64,000 nt of DNA from positions 6,987,855 to 7,051,854 of the forward strand of contig NW_002060946.1 of assembly GCF_000150275.1 (NCBI RefSeq). Reading direction: 5' to 3'. This DNA comes from Trichoplax adhaerens (lineage: Eukaryota > Animalia > Placozoa). The notes under the pieces are model-generated. The model made no database searches. It saw nothing but the letters and a program-made list of their open reading frames with translations, and had not been told where the DNA came from. How positions within the stretch are numbered: the first letter of the stretch is position 1; each line of letters opens with the position of its first letter. Both the position numbers and the translations under genes were made by a program. Below are positions 12,901 through 27,260 of this stretch, in pieces.

Positions 12901-15900
12901 AATTATTACAAATTTACCTGAATTAGCTGATTTTTGATAAAGTGCTCTGCCTGGATCCAGGGAAGAGGCCATCAGATCAACTATTCCATGACTAAGAGTA
13001 AATAATTGACTAGGGCTGCGTTTTTTCTAATTTGGATAAAATAATTTTAAAATCATTTAATCTCTTTTTAATTGATTACGAATAGAATTTAATTTATCCG
13101 TATTACAAACAGCAAAGATAAAAAATTAGATGATTTATTTGCTGTCTAACATCTTGATAAATTTGTTGCCATATTTTCCGATATTTTGCGTCCATTAGCT
13201 GATCGAGAATATTAACGTTGTTCTACGGAAGAAATAAAAGTCGAATTCATCAGTACTTTGATTTAATCGGTACTTTAATTAATCTACAGCTAACGTTAGC
13301 TATTAAGTAAGTGCTTTTAACTCATAAATGTCTAATCTCTAATTTTACTATTTCCTTAGAATTATATTCAGTCCTGTTTATAGCGATCTTAGCCAATCTC
13401 AGTTCTATCTGTATATCGCATTTATATTTAATATTGATACTAATTTTTTTTTAAATGTAATAAAGTATTACCAAGTAAAATTGTGTCCTATTATCCCAGT
13501 TTGCTCGTTTCAGATCTTGACTATCAATAAAGGTTTGGATATCTTGCAAGATATTGGTAGAGGAAATCACATCAGCTTTCGTTATTACCGATTTGAGTGA
13601 GAAATAGAGAGCTAAGTCGTCCATAATTTGAGTAGCTTCAGTAAAGGCGATCGGATGGTCTAGATTGTTCATCTATAAATCAATTTAACGACATTTCGTT
13701 ATTAGTATATTAACTTGAGATGGTTTACTTATTACCCTAATGTCAGTTACGTAATTCATTTTTCCTACCCGTTGCTGTATTTCTTGAATCGATTTTTGAA
13801 CCACGGGCTTTTTTGTAATTAAATTTGCGGAACTGGTTGGCGCTTTAACGGTCGAATTGGCTGAGTTATTCACTAAATCATTCAAGTTTACCGTAGCATA
13901 ATGACAGGGTAGAAGTTATAAATTTTCAATATACGTAAGTAATTGGATAATTTATTCATCTATTAGCATAAGAATATGGATGATACAAAAATAGATCTAG
14001 TTACATAGTATACGATAGCAATACGTAGTTTATCCTAAATTTGCCCAAGCGGTTTTGATTTTTTTAACACTATTTTGTAATGCATATAATATGTTGATTT
14101 GGTATCTTTCTCATTTAGGTTGGGATATGTATTCAATTTAATGCTGTAATCTGTAATGTCGTTCCAAGTGCAAGAATTTACTACTAGTATTTTTAGAAAG
14201 TGAATAATTAATTTTTCAAACAAGTATAAACTGGCCTATAGAAGAGATGGCACTATAGTCGCCATGAATTAATCTACAATATTTTGGTATTTTATTTTTA
14301 CATCGCAAGAGTAAAGATTATTGCTGAAAATGTATTCGTAGATACAAATAGCCACAGCGCTTTAACATAGCTTTTCGTAACTAATGTTGGAAGATGCAAC
14401 TGCATTGATGGTTTTAAAACTGTATGAAATAATGCCAATTTTTCAATCGAATCGCTGCACTTGATATAGACGTATGCAGCTAGAAGTATCTACAGGTTGC
14501 TAGGGTTTCATAACGTCCTAAGGGCTATTTCAGCCACAATTACACTCGGATATTATTAGCTAGATCGATTTCCATCTCTGTAATGATTATCCTTCTTAAT
14601 TGATAGCTTTAAAACTGTATAATATGTAGCCTGAAATATACCATAAGTTACTAGAGTTTCGTAATATCCTGTAATATGGATTATTTCACTCACATTTGCA
14701 TCTCTAGAAATTGTCAGCTAGATCAATTTCCATCTCTGTAGTTATATCCTTCTTACCTAAAACCTGTGTAGTAGGCTTGATGGTTGTATATTGATTTTTA
14801 GTTGGCGTTGCTACATTGCAGATTTTAAAAATTCCAAATGAGTATGAAATTGATCTCTTGTTGACTAATTCATTCTATTAATTCTTACGTTTTTCAGAAC
14901 TGGGCTTCGAGGGCGTTGCATAAAAATTAGTAGCTCGGCTGCTACGAGGCGATGGCCTAGAGATAACAATAAATTGCCTAGCAGTGGATCTCCGGAAATG
15001 GGTAGGTGTTATTGGCGTACGCGTTGTTGGTTTATTTGTAGGCTGGTTAGGAGGATATGATGTTGGTATTAATATTTTTGTTGTCGCAGCTGGAGTTCTG
15101 CTTGGTGTACGATCATGAGTAGGCCAATTTTGGGTTGCCAATGGCGCTTGTAATGGCGATTGCGTTGGAGCGCGTGAATTAGTTGTAGGACTATTTGTAT
15201 TAGCTCCTGCAGTAGCTAGAGTATTGATAAAGATAAATTAAGTTTAATTTAGAAGAAATTAATTTTGCTATTACCGATTGCAATCGATAAGGGTGGACTA
15301 CCTTGGGGACTTATACTTGTAGTCGATGAATTATGACTGCTCTCAGTATTGGCTTCCGACGGAGTAGTATTTGTTGTAGAAATCGATGAATTCCCATCGG
15401 TTTGTGTCGCCGTTTCAGTTCCCATCGAATTGGAAGAATCTGTAGGTGTTTTCGATGTAGACAAAGTCGTAGCTGAATTAGGAGAATCCGATATTGTTGG
15501 ATTTGTGGTATAGACATTATTTTTAGTTTGACTTTCTTCTATATTACTATCAGTTGATAGGCTTGAGCTAGCAGTGGATTGCGATGACGATTCTTGGACT
15601 GTTAAGCTCATAATGATGGAAGAATCCGTCGTAGCAGATTCAGGACTAGGATTTTTTGAATAAGTCATAGCTTGAATGGAAGAAGCATCAGTGTTGGTAG
15701 AGCTTTCAGTGGTGGATTCCATCGGTGCCTGACTCGATGCTGCTTTAGCAGAAGTAGTTATTGCAGATTGTGTATTACTTATGGAGGTAGTTGTTCGGCT
15801 AGTAGTAGATTCTGCATTGCCAATACTATTAGGGGTGGTCGGTTCCGATTGTTCTGGATTACTGCTTGAACTAGTCGTTGATGTTTCATTTGTGGATGTA

Positions 15901-18838
15901 GATGGCATAGCTGTTTCCGTAAAAGTAGCTACTGTATTAGATTGAGATGTACTCGATTCCATAGACGCTGCTTCTGTGTTAGTCAATATTGCAGAACCTT
16001 CTTCAGGAGTACTTGATGTTGAAGTATTTATAACAGTACTACTTGTCTCCACAGTAGTAGCTCGAGTAGTGGAAATTGGAGTATTCGATTTTGTAGTTAT
16101 TGACTCTGTATAAGTCAACGTTGCGGAATCTTCAGCAGGGTTTGATGTTAAGGCATTTGTAAATGCACTGCTTGCTTTTGTAGTAGTAGCTCCTGTAGCG
16201 CTTAAATTAAGATTACCAGTACTTGTTTCAGGTGCACTCGGTTCGCTAGTATTTGCTCCTGTTGTGCTTAATTGTGTATTGGTTAACTCTGTGAAACTTT
16301 CTCCATGGCTGGTTGCTGCTAATGTATTCGTTGCCATACCACTTGAATCGGTAGTAGAGCTTTCAGTTGTACTCCCTTCTGTGAAGCTTTCTTGATTGGT
16401 GCTTGATATAATGGTATTGCTTTCTGTACTACTTGATTCTGTCGTAGTTGTTTCTGTTGTGCTTCCTTCCGTTGCACTTTCTCCATCAGTAGCTGATGTT
16501 AAGGTATTGGTTACTGCACTACTTGATCCCGTAGAAATTGTTTCAGCTATACCATTAGCTGTAGTTGTTTTCGTTGTACTCTCTCCATCAGTAGCTGATG
16601 CTAATGTATTCATTGCCCCACTACTTGATTCCGTAGAAATTGTTTCGGCTATACCTTCCTTGGTAAAAGCTTCTTCATCAGTGCTAGATGATGAGGTACT
16701 CATTTCTGTATCGCTAGCTCCTGTTGTGGTTGCTTCCATCATCCCTTCTTCCATAGAATTTGCTCCATCAGTATTGGCTGTCGATATATTTATTTCTGTA
16801 GTTGTTTCCACCGCGTTTTCTTCCGTAGCACCTGCTTGAGTAGTCGGTGATTCAGTAATACTTTCTTGCGTTGTGGTTGTGTGAGCGGCATTTGCTTCTG
16901 AAGTGGGAATATCTGTGCCTGCTTGATTTTCAGTAGTATAAATGTCTATGGCAATGTTGATATTCGTGGTTGATTCTGGAGTTTCTTCAAATAAAGTTGG
17001 ATTAGGCGTCGAATCTGTAGTAAAATTTTCTGTAGCAACAGTAGCTTGCGAATTTTCTGTGGGTGGCAATGAAGTTGCTTCTGATGTAGAACTAGCCAAT
17101 TTCGATGTTGTAGTCTGGATAGTAGCTGTATTTGATTGGCTTTGAGCATGATTATTATTATTGCTGTTTGTACTATCTTTATTAACTTGTGAATTCATAA
17201 CCTTAGGATCAGTCGAGGCTAGCGTAGCTTGCTGTGTCTTTGTAACGAATTCTGTAGTAGAACTAACTGTTGTTTCGCCGGTTACTGTTTCTAAATTGGA
17301 AAATTAAGCATAATTTATGATGAAACGAATGAGAAAGATGTATTAAACGATAGAATAGCTTGCAGTAAAGATACGTAGTGTTAGCTAAGGTGCTATTTTA
17401 GCTACTTGATCTAAATCACTCATATGCCTCGTATATCGAATGGTGTATAGGATAGTGGTGTTGAAATTAGTTATAAGATGGGAATAATACACTGATTGCC
17501 AAACTTAAAACCAATTAAATATAATTTTATTACACGCATTTTAATTAAAGAAAGTATATAAGTGCAGGTTACATTACGATCAACGCAACAGATATAGTTG
17601 GTTAAATGGAGTTAAATTGAATATTTTGTTAGATCAGACAGCAGAATGGAATTTAGCTTCTTCTAAAATTCGTAGTGACGATTGAAAGTTTATGATATTT
17701 TTATGCCTACTTACTTGTTGTAGGCTGATTGCTACTAATGGTCGCTGTTTTATTGGTAACTTCTATCCCCAAATTGAAGAAATATTGTAGTTAGTAACAA
17801 ATGTACGATATTATGTTTACAGAGTAATAACAAGTAATACTAGGAAAATGGGAATGTTGCCATTCTTAGTTAGATTACGATCATATTTTATGGATTAGTA
17901 ATTCTTACCAAATTCACAAATGCGACGTAGCCTATTCGAACATCTTCTCATGTACCAGAATAATCTGCCTCGGTCGACAGTTACAGAAATGCAATCACGA
18001 TCATTCTGCTGATTGTGATTTTCGCTGCGTCTTCTCGATCTGTGCGAATCCTTTCTTTTATTCCGATAGTTTTTCTGATGAAGAACTTGATTCAATACGG
18101 CCAGAGTATCTTGTAACTTGGTGCTATCCGTTATCCATAAATAATCCCGTAAGTTATTGCTGTTGCCATAATCTTTGGCTCCTATCCAGTAGCTTTGGCC
18201 GGAACGGAAGTTGATAACGGCTTGCTCAACTTGCTTTGATCGTATTTTAGCTAATTCCACATTTTTACCTATCCTTTGACTTCCCTGATTCTGGCATTGA
18301 GATACTGCTTCGTTAAAGCTGAATTCTCGACTGGAAAATTGATAGCAGTAGTTGCCTACTGCAACTGCATTTTGAATTAGACAAGTTCCAGTATCTGTTC
18401 TATCACCTTCTAGAAATAAAAGTAGAAAACTGTCAGGTTGATACCTAAAACATTGCTATGATATTCATTTGCTAGCATCAATCTACTTTAATTAATTGAG
18501 AAATACAGTTAAAAGTCTTCATTATATATCAGCCCTAGTTATTGTATATAATTTACTCCATGGACATAGATTATAATTAAATTTGAAGCCTTGTGCAGAC
18601 TATCTTTAGTATCATATTTATCCACAAGAGCAAGAATATTTATTTTACCATCCGCACTCAAAACATATATCAATTATCTATCATGTTAACTGTATCGATA
18701 ACTAATCGGTCACTTTATAAAATTACCGATCATTTCACAAACCACACATTACACGGTATTTTTGCATTATGTCCCAGAATATTATAAATTCACGGTATCA
18801 TTTACCTTACCGTTTTGTAAAATTGCGCAAATGCACAT
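6946..18838 (-). CDS. Adhesion GPCR A: C-type lectin domain - mucin stalk - GAIN/GPS - 7TM
   Basis: Minus-strand exons: 18838-18811 (uncertain start); 18409-17909 (CTLD: C..GNYCYQF..FNEAVSQC..YWIGAKD..YLWI..DC..WYMRRC..ICEF); 17762-17715; 17290-15275 (S/T mucin); 15215-14889; 14810-14757; 13872-13769; GAIN exons ~13672-13472, ~13222-13151 (NNVNILDQLMDAKYRKIWQQI), ~13026-12918, ~12812-12690, 12394-12310, 12111-11982 (WILNSPII...PFTFYVSH), 11327-11275 (CSYW), 11094-10965 (GYWSNEGC...CQCNHL|THFAILV); TM exons 10491-10388, 10292-10193, 10038-9888 (CKIVAISMHYLFLAAFCWMLAEGLHLY), 9723-9657, 9579-9513 (CWLS...WAFVGP), 9365-9271, 8839-8713 (PILGLTWIFG), 8569-8528 (GCFIFIFHCL), 8403-8326. Tail exons 7615-7519 and 7013-6946 are tentative. 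Confidence 0.93.
16270..16720 (-). repeat. Degenerate ~29-aa (87-bp) mucin repeats in the stalk of aGPCR A
   Basis: Recurring T.SS....NTL.S.T..ES.TE units, e.g. GIAETISTESSSGAMNTLASATDGES / GIAETISTGSSSAVTNTLTSATDGES. Confidence 0.75.
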
Positions 18839-21800
18839 GGTAATTTTCAAGATGCTAATTTATTACAATAACCGCATGGATATTAATAGATTCAGAACGC
18901 ACCAAATTAATATTTAGCATAATAGGTGTTTTGCTAACTTTTTTATTAGCTATAATAGCATTAAAAATATAAGTTCAATTTGTCTGGCACTAAAACATCA
19001 ACGTAATACATACTTATATGATAAAATAATCGCACGAATCGATATGGAATTCGATAGTAGTGCTTGGTGATATGCATAAATTATTGTATTAATAAAATGT
19101 CATACGGAACTTCCTGATCAAAATTAATTTAAGTAATAAAATGTAGGTCTAAAAATAGAATAAAATTGCTATACCGCGCAAGTTGTAAATAGTCAAATAG
19201 CTAATGTGATTGTCAATAATAACGTAATCTCATAGAATGTAGCTTCAAGAAATGCCAAAATTTGCGTATGATAAAATAGCCTTTGAAGATACATTGACGG
19301 GTGTCCATTACCTACTTTATCTCAATCGTACACTCATTTAATTTAAAGTTACAATTAAATTTTTTTACTTATTCCAATATTGATTGAAATAAGTAACAGT
19401 TATAATCAGCCCTGGTTGGATTTTGTCTTTTACTGCTTTAAATGATGAGTCAGCTACAAGACCATCTTATGTCCACATAATGCAGTCCTAATTAAAACTA
19501 GCTGCAGCTTAGATGTACAACAGACTATGCATTTCGCTAACAAACCCACAAACTTAACGCTAGATTAAAAGTATTCAATAAGCGAGAGTTCAATATCCAA
19601 ACTATAGAGGATAATTTAAATAGTAGAGCTAAATCAAATCTAGAATAGTGTTTCATTTACAAATCGATCTTCGAATTTTATACTAAACTACCTACCGGCT
19701 ACGAAGTTTCCGTCCCAATTTAATTATTTTAACGAATCATTGGGTATGGATTTATCTAATTAATCTTATATATAATTAAACATTTTCTCCACTATTTTGT
19801 TCTAGATATTTAGCATTCTGCTAGCTGCCGTATTTTATATAAGAGAATGAAATTATATGATCATCCAATCTTGATAATATAAGACTTCTGTTCATAACAA
19901 GTGAATAAACAGATGTTTATCTCCGATAGAAGGTCCAATTAGTGATCATGAAAACATGAATAAGGAAGCAAAACAGAATTTCAATAGTTTTGTTTTTCTT
20001 CTGGGCAAAACAACAACAACTTTGAATAAAATGATACTGTTGTTGAATCCTTCGAATTCAGTATTATGAACACTATCAGCTTTTGAAGTTTTAACCAAAA
20101 ATCAGTCAACTATTCATCTTTTAGTAAAAAACTAGGATATTATTTCCTAGATCCTAAGGACCTGAAGAATTTTATAGAGATGGTCTTGCTTCAAAAGATG
20201 AACTTAGAATCCATTTGTTCCTCAATAAATGTAATAGATATTAACTTAAATATATGACTTTACGCATGTTATATCTTTCTAAAAATTGTTTCTATCATAC
20301 GTACATACTGATGCCGTAGTGCATGATATGTGCTCAGTGAATTGAAAAATTATCAATAAATTAGCAGACTGTATATTGTTTAGGCTATTTCCAGTTAATA
20401 AACAGCAATAATTGACTGTAATGTGTAGCCATTGCTAATAATTGATATATTACCGTGTCTATGGCCATTGGTGGATAGTATTATCGACCAGAGAAGAATG
20501 ATTATTCGCTAATTCACCAAATTGGTTATATATCCAGAGAAGATGCCAGATACGCGATAAGATGAAAGGTTAGGATCGTTCGTATGAAAAATAATGAAGA
20601 ATATTAGCTTCATTCGCTAACAAAGATGAAAATAGAACACAGATTACTATTTGCTATTGAAGGAAGTAGTTAATTATTCTAGTAATATCGCAAAGTTATA
20701 GATAATAGATTCAAATTCAGATCCGTATAAATAAATGTTACAAATAATCAAGATAATTAACTGCGACAGTTAATTACTAAATTTTTCATGGTAGACTGAC
20801 TTATTAAGGTACAATACTGTTCGTTTGAGTAAAATTAGTAAAAAGGGTTGTTGATGATCGTGATGATATTCTCTTAACGATAGATATATTATTATAGTAT
20901 AGCTATACCAATATTACTCGCATAGTTCTAATAACATCAACGAATATTAATGTTGTATTGAAATCAAATACAAAGGCTGATACCATGGCAGAATTGGAGA
21001 CCATATGCATGAAGGCAGTAACTTTTAACAAAAGAAAGTGACTAATCTTCTATCTGTTCCATCGCATCAACATCATATTAAAATCAATATTAAAGTTGTG
21101 AATAATGACTAATCTTATCTTCTAGTTCCTATCAAAACCATACGTTAGCGATCTTAAAATTCGAAATCGTAGTCCCAATGATATCATAATGGAAATACTT
21201 ATATATTCTTCAATACTGGAATTGGAAGTAATTTTAATGTAACACGATAAAAAGTAATCTTCCGTTTCGGTTTATTTCGGTATTGTGTTGAATTCAAATG
21301 TTTAAATTACAACCATAGCCATTAACCATATTGTCAGATCCGTAGAAGTTCTTTGCCAAATGGTTTAAACTAATCTTCTATTTTAGTTACAGTCATCGTT
21401 TTGGAGTAAAGTAGCTGAGCATGATATAATTTCTACTAGATGTTCGTATGCAAGGCAGTATTAATTTTTCTGAATTAGACGGAGTCTAGGCGGTCAGCCG
21501 CTTTAAGAATTCGCTATAGAGCATCAATTATAATCAATTGTATTTTGATACGAAATATTAAAGACCAATCTGTTTTTCATAAGAGATATAAAATTCCGAC
21601 TATGTTCATAAAATTAGCATATTTCTTTTCCGATACTTAAAAGGGTAAAATATCTTTAGTTACAGCTAAAAGATTAGATATATTCCGTTTTGTGACTTGA
21701 ATAGTTAACTTACTGAGCCTTTTTATAGTAACAGGCAGCAATGACTAGTTCCAGTAATTGCTAGCGTAGATATTGCGGCACTCATTCATCATATACCGAC

Positions 21801-24800
21801 CAGGGATTTTAAACGAGTTAGAGATCATGCTGTAAATATTCTGAATTTCTATTAAACCATTAGCAATTGCCGTTTCCGAATCATCTACCACCGATAAAGG
21901 GTTTTCACGGGAATAAATACGCATATGTCATAATACGATGAATAGCTTGTAATCGATATAAATCTAAAGACAGGCCGTGATGAATTTCGCATATAAATTC
22001 TATTATAAAATCTTTCCTATTTCTACCCTTTGGTGGGTTTATTTTATAGAAATTGTGCAGAATTGACTAATATTAACATAAGAATGTAAAATTAAACGAT
22101 TCTCGGTAAGATTGACGATATATATGTGATAAAGATCGCACACCTCATCATGAATGATCCTAACTTTAAGTTTTCTAAAAATTCGGCTGTTTCAATAATT
22201 TTTGTTAAACATTTCTATACTTTAAGCTTTAAGATTTTTATATTTGTACTACGAAGAAATCTGTAATACATATTAAATTGATGTACAGTCAGTTCACAAA
22301 TCCTGTTAAAGTAGATTAAACTAAGCTGGTCAATGATTATATCCAGCAGTAATAGCTCGTGGAATAAAAAAGATGTATAAAAAGATAGCGTACCTTATAA
22401 AATATGCGATTGTGTAATTGTAACCAGTTGAAATTTGGGGTTATAATATATAAGTAAATCAAATCATAGTCCGATTCTCATTTCATGAGGTCAAATAAAA
22501 ACGATATTGATTTGAAAAGCTTTAAACCGAAATGTGCCATACTAATAGTAAGTAATTTAAATCTACTGAAGGTATTTAAGTAAACAAGGAATAATAGTAT
22601 GGTTCGAAATCGCCTTAAATCTAGTGAAAATTTACTGCTGATATTAAAAATTTCTACACTGAAATCTGAAATTAAAATTCTAGTCATAATTTAAGTTATA
22701 CAAATAAGCTAAAATAGATTTTAGCAGGGTATTAGAAAGTTTTTCTTGCCTTAAAATCCACTACTTACTGATTGACTAGATGCATATTTGAAGCGGTATT
22801 AAATGAAATAGGATATGATATTAAAAGTAGTATATATCCTGTGAGCATTTTTTGTATATATACACGTATACTTTTATATTAATATTTTATACGTCAGTTT
22901 GTAAGAATTTTCCTAACAGAACTAGTTGGTAAACTTCGTATTTATTATAAAGGACTCATATTTTGCGTACATTCAGTTATGATTGCATTAATATTATTAT
23001 CGTATCAAAAGCAATTATATAATTCGTATCATTTTAAGCCAGTAAATAACTAAAAATATCTGAATTACGATCAAAATTTCAGATTAAGATATTTGCAAGA
23101 CACGCTTTAGTGATAAAATTTACCTGAAACTTCCTATCCTTTCTCTTAATCATATCTGCTTTCAGCAAGTTAAAGCGATTGAGAAATTATAAATACGAGA
23201 AAAACTTGAAGTTTACGCGGTAGTGTTATATCAATTCAGCTGACTAAGAAAAAATGTTCTTGATTGACTTATAATTGATTGGTAGACAGCTTGTAATTGT
23301 AATTCTTGATCGTAAAGTAACTTAAGCAACTAAATTTTCAAAAGATGGCAAAAACTATCCTCACGATGAACTGAATTATGAAAATGATGTGTTTCTAATT
23401 GCACAAATTCGGCATAATTTACAAGCCATTATCTACAAATTCATAAAATTCTATAGTTGATTAGTTTTTGTTACAATTTAATCATTAATTATTTTCCCTT
23501 TTCACGTCATATCTGTGTACTATTTATTAATTGTAAGGGGAAGTTGGGCATGTGTTTTAAGAAATAATACGGCTATTAAAAGTGAAGTTAGCATTGTTTT
23601 AATGGAGTTATGCTATGCAAAATTAACTGTCTAATGAATACTGGAATCCAAGTTAGTCGAAAATACAACTTTATTTAATCTATTATATCCTTAGCCACGA
23701 TAACAGATTCATGTATAGGTAATGCATCGTTACAGCCATTTCATACATATGCTTCGCAGCTGAAGTTCACTTATTATGCCACACTTGAAATTTCGTTTTT
23801 TTAACAACAATGTTTCCAATACAGAAAAATAATACTCAAAATTTAGATTCATACTATGGAAATTTCTGCCTCTATCTATTGATGACATTTTTATCTGGAT
23901 GTAAATAATAAAATCAATGCATTGATGGACTGGCGAATTAATGAGTTAGTTTAATTTAATTAGATTTTCCGAAGCAATTCCATAGAAATTGTTACTGGAA
24001 TCACCTCAGATAAAAACGTTATATTGTATTTAATCGCTGATTGCAATAATTAAAGTTTTTGCAAGACATGCAAATAAATATTGAATTTTATATCCGTCAC
24101 AGCGATATTCATTATGAAAGAATTATTTTAAATGCTTTAAAGTTTACGAAGGATGACTACGAATGGAATAATATCTAAAATTAAACTAACAATACATATC
24201 TTTCATTATGATTTCGGTTACAAGAATTTCACTAAAAATTCTGTGGCAAAGCAAGTTGATTAATTAAGTTAATTCTTTTAAATATTTTACTCAATATTTT
24301 TCAGATTAGAATATTAAGTATCATATTTTATTATATAAATATGCTAACATCATTTATCAATTGAGTTGCAGCGTAATTTTTGAAATCATGATGAAACAAA
24401 CTGCAATACTTTAGGCTCAATATGGTGCTAAAACGGAGGTAATGAAATATAGATAAATTTTTTTATGTACTCATTACCCTATTCAAGCATAAATGATCAA
24501 ATTATATAATACGTTTCACAATTATAAATTGTAGGTGTAAATGATCTAGCTGACGATCCGATTTACTAATACATTTATTTGATGTCACCACCATGCTTCA
24601 ATAATGAGCTACTACTTTTAGAATTGCTTTATTTATCATTAATCAATCTATATATATAGTATACCGGAATTCTTAATTAAAGAAAATCAATAGATTATTG
24701 ATTAGTATCAAATGTACTAATTTACGAGTATAAAATAAAATTAAAGTTTTTAAAAGTAAATATCGATAGTAGTATAGTATTAGAAAGATAGAAAGGACAG

Positions 24801-26527
24801 GCAACATTCGTTCTTATTTTCATTCATATCTGTAAATTTGGATCAAATATTATTAATAATGTTATTCTGATTGATAAATTGGTGATTATAGTTATTAACT
24901 GCCTTTGACTAGACATTATTGACATAAAGTGGCTATAAGCAGGAAGTCTAACATTTTAGGATTGGAAAGTATTTATGATTATAAAAAGTACCGATATAAT
25001 TAGGGGAGGCTCTCTCAAGGCTAGTGCCATTAATTAGACCTAGATTTAAACGTAAAATCATTATAAGTTTAATAGGTGCATGTACGAATTTAGTAGACCT
25101 TTGCTTAGGCAACCGCTATGGATCAATAACTGGGCTTACTAGAAAAATAGGATATAGCATACAATATCTTGAGATCTTGATATAATACTTTTACTGTTTT
25201 TAGAAAATGAATTCTATTTTGCTTAATTTTATCTTTAACTGTGATATTTAACATATCTTAAAGAGTTTTCAAGAACAAACTATTCTTATTAGAGAGTAAA
25301 CCCACATGTCAACAGAGAAGTTTTTCTTCACTCGATATCGTTCTTTCCCTTACATAATAGCAGGATAGCAATTCGGAAATTATTGTTATAGGCCAATAAT
25401 TACCGGTTTTTATTACATATTTAAGGCTTACACATTGCCGATTGTATTTGCTCATTGAGACTTTGTACATGCTCATCGAAAGACTGTATACCTACGGCAC
25501 GTACACTATCTAGATATGTGATACATGCTGTCAGAATTACTAATAACTGACGCAGCGAATATAGAATTTATCATAGCTAAATTTAACGGATACCGGAGCC
25601 TTAAAAGCTGCTATTGTGATTATAGTTATAAAGCTTTTAGACTATGCTTTGAAAATAAAAGAATCTTGGTAACCAATTACTTTGCGGGGGATATCAAATA
25701 GAGGTATTTAAAGTAATATCATGAAAGTAGAACGTAACTTTTTGTAAAAATTCTTCTGCCACCTTCCGTGAACAATCCTCAATTGAATGAATTAACAACA
25801 ATGGCTGGAAAGTGCGGACATAACTAGCGCCAAATGACCCCGACAGAGTAGCCTCACTATCGTTCTCAAGTGATCAATCAGGAAAATATACTTATTATGA
25901 TAAAGTTTTATTGTATGTAAATAATGCTAGACATAAAATACACACAAAATAGTATAAATCATACATAAATGATGATGGCTATTTTTTCTTTACTAGAAAG
26001 TTGATTAATTTTATCATCTACTGAAGCTACTTTTTGATGTTTGATTAATTAAAAATTATATTCAGGGATATTGAATATTTCGTAGCATACAAATGATAAT
26101 GATTTCTTGGTATGATTAGTATATTATCTAGAAAATTAAATTTTCTTTATCGATGATATTTTTGGCGATGTCATAAAACGTTGTTCCTATTGCCAAATAC
26201 TGTGCTGTGTATACGTAAGTGACATGGTTAATTTATGAACCCAGTGGCTAGTGTTATTATTTTAATGCATGGTTTAGGAAAGGTCTACAAATCTGTGTCG
26301 GATAAATTAATGAATTTTGCTATACTTTTATTATAGGCGCCGCTATAATAACTGCGGAAAACCTAATTATGAAATAGTTACTAGGATCAGTACTATTGTA
26401 CAGAAATATGCTGCTAGACTATACTTTATGTTAACTGCAATGAATCGAGTTCTATGTTTTAGAACTAGGTTTAAAAAGGTACATCTAAAGCTGTAGAATG
26501 TTTATGATCTTGCATCATAACGTTAAT

Positions 26528-27260
26528 ATGATTGAGTAAAGAAGGCTAACAGTTTTTATTCAAATAGATTTGTACTGATCAAACCTACCCTACTCATTAT
26601 TTCATGTCTAGATACCCTAAAATGTGGTATATAATATTGAATACTACGACTATTAAAGGATACTGCCAATTTTCAACCGTTTTGTATCTTAAATTTGTAA
26701 CAGATAATAAAGATTAATAAGAAATTTAGATCAATATATCATATGAACTTAATTTAGCTGATCTTCCTAAGCTCATTATACGAGTATAATGAAAGTTAGA
26801 TCAGATACAATATTCTATCTGATCCCGAGTACTACAGAAGCATCTGCATATAACGGTAATAAACTATAATAATAAAGATACCTCTAAAGTGTACAAATGA
26901 TTACAATCTTGTGTCTTAAAGTTAAATGAGATTGAGTAAAGTAGGCTAATATTCTTATTCAAATAGAATTGAAGCTTAAACCTATCTTTGACATTGTTTT
27001 AGGTATAAATACCCTAAAATGTTGTATATAGGATTAAAATACTATGGCTATTCGAGAATACTGCTGATTTTTTAGCTGTCTTGTATTCTAAAATTAGAAC
27101 GAATTATGAAAACGAATAAGAATTTAGATCAATAAATCGTATAAAATTAACTTAGTTGATTATCCTTAACTCATTCTATATAAAGTTGCATCAGATACAA
27201 TATTCTTCCTGATCTAGAGTACGACAGAAGTATCCACACATGCGGCGATAATAAATTCAT
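26528..27260. repeat. Decayed non-coding tandem duplication (~400-bp period)
   Basis: 26528-26870 vs 26929-27260 share colinear blocks gattgagtaaag.aggctaa, ttattcaaataga, ataccctaaaatgt.gtatata, aatttagatcaata, tcagatacaatattct, gagtac.acagaag. Confidence 0.85.

Noticed and set aside
14035-14223. Possible extra exon of aGPCR A (VVNSCTWNDITDY...)
   Set aside because: Plausible acceptor but no convincing in-phase donor before the stop, and the flanking exons join in frame without it.
16396-17145. Hydrophobic Val-rich plus-strand ORFs (also 56830-57219 and 15672-15869)
   Set aside because: Antisense shadows of Thr/Ser-rich mucin exons.
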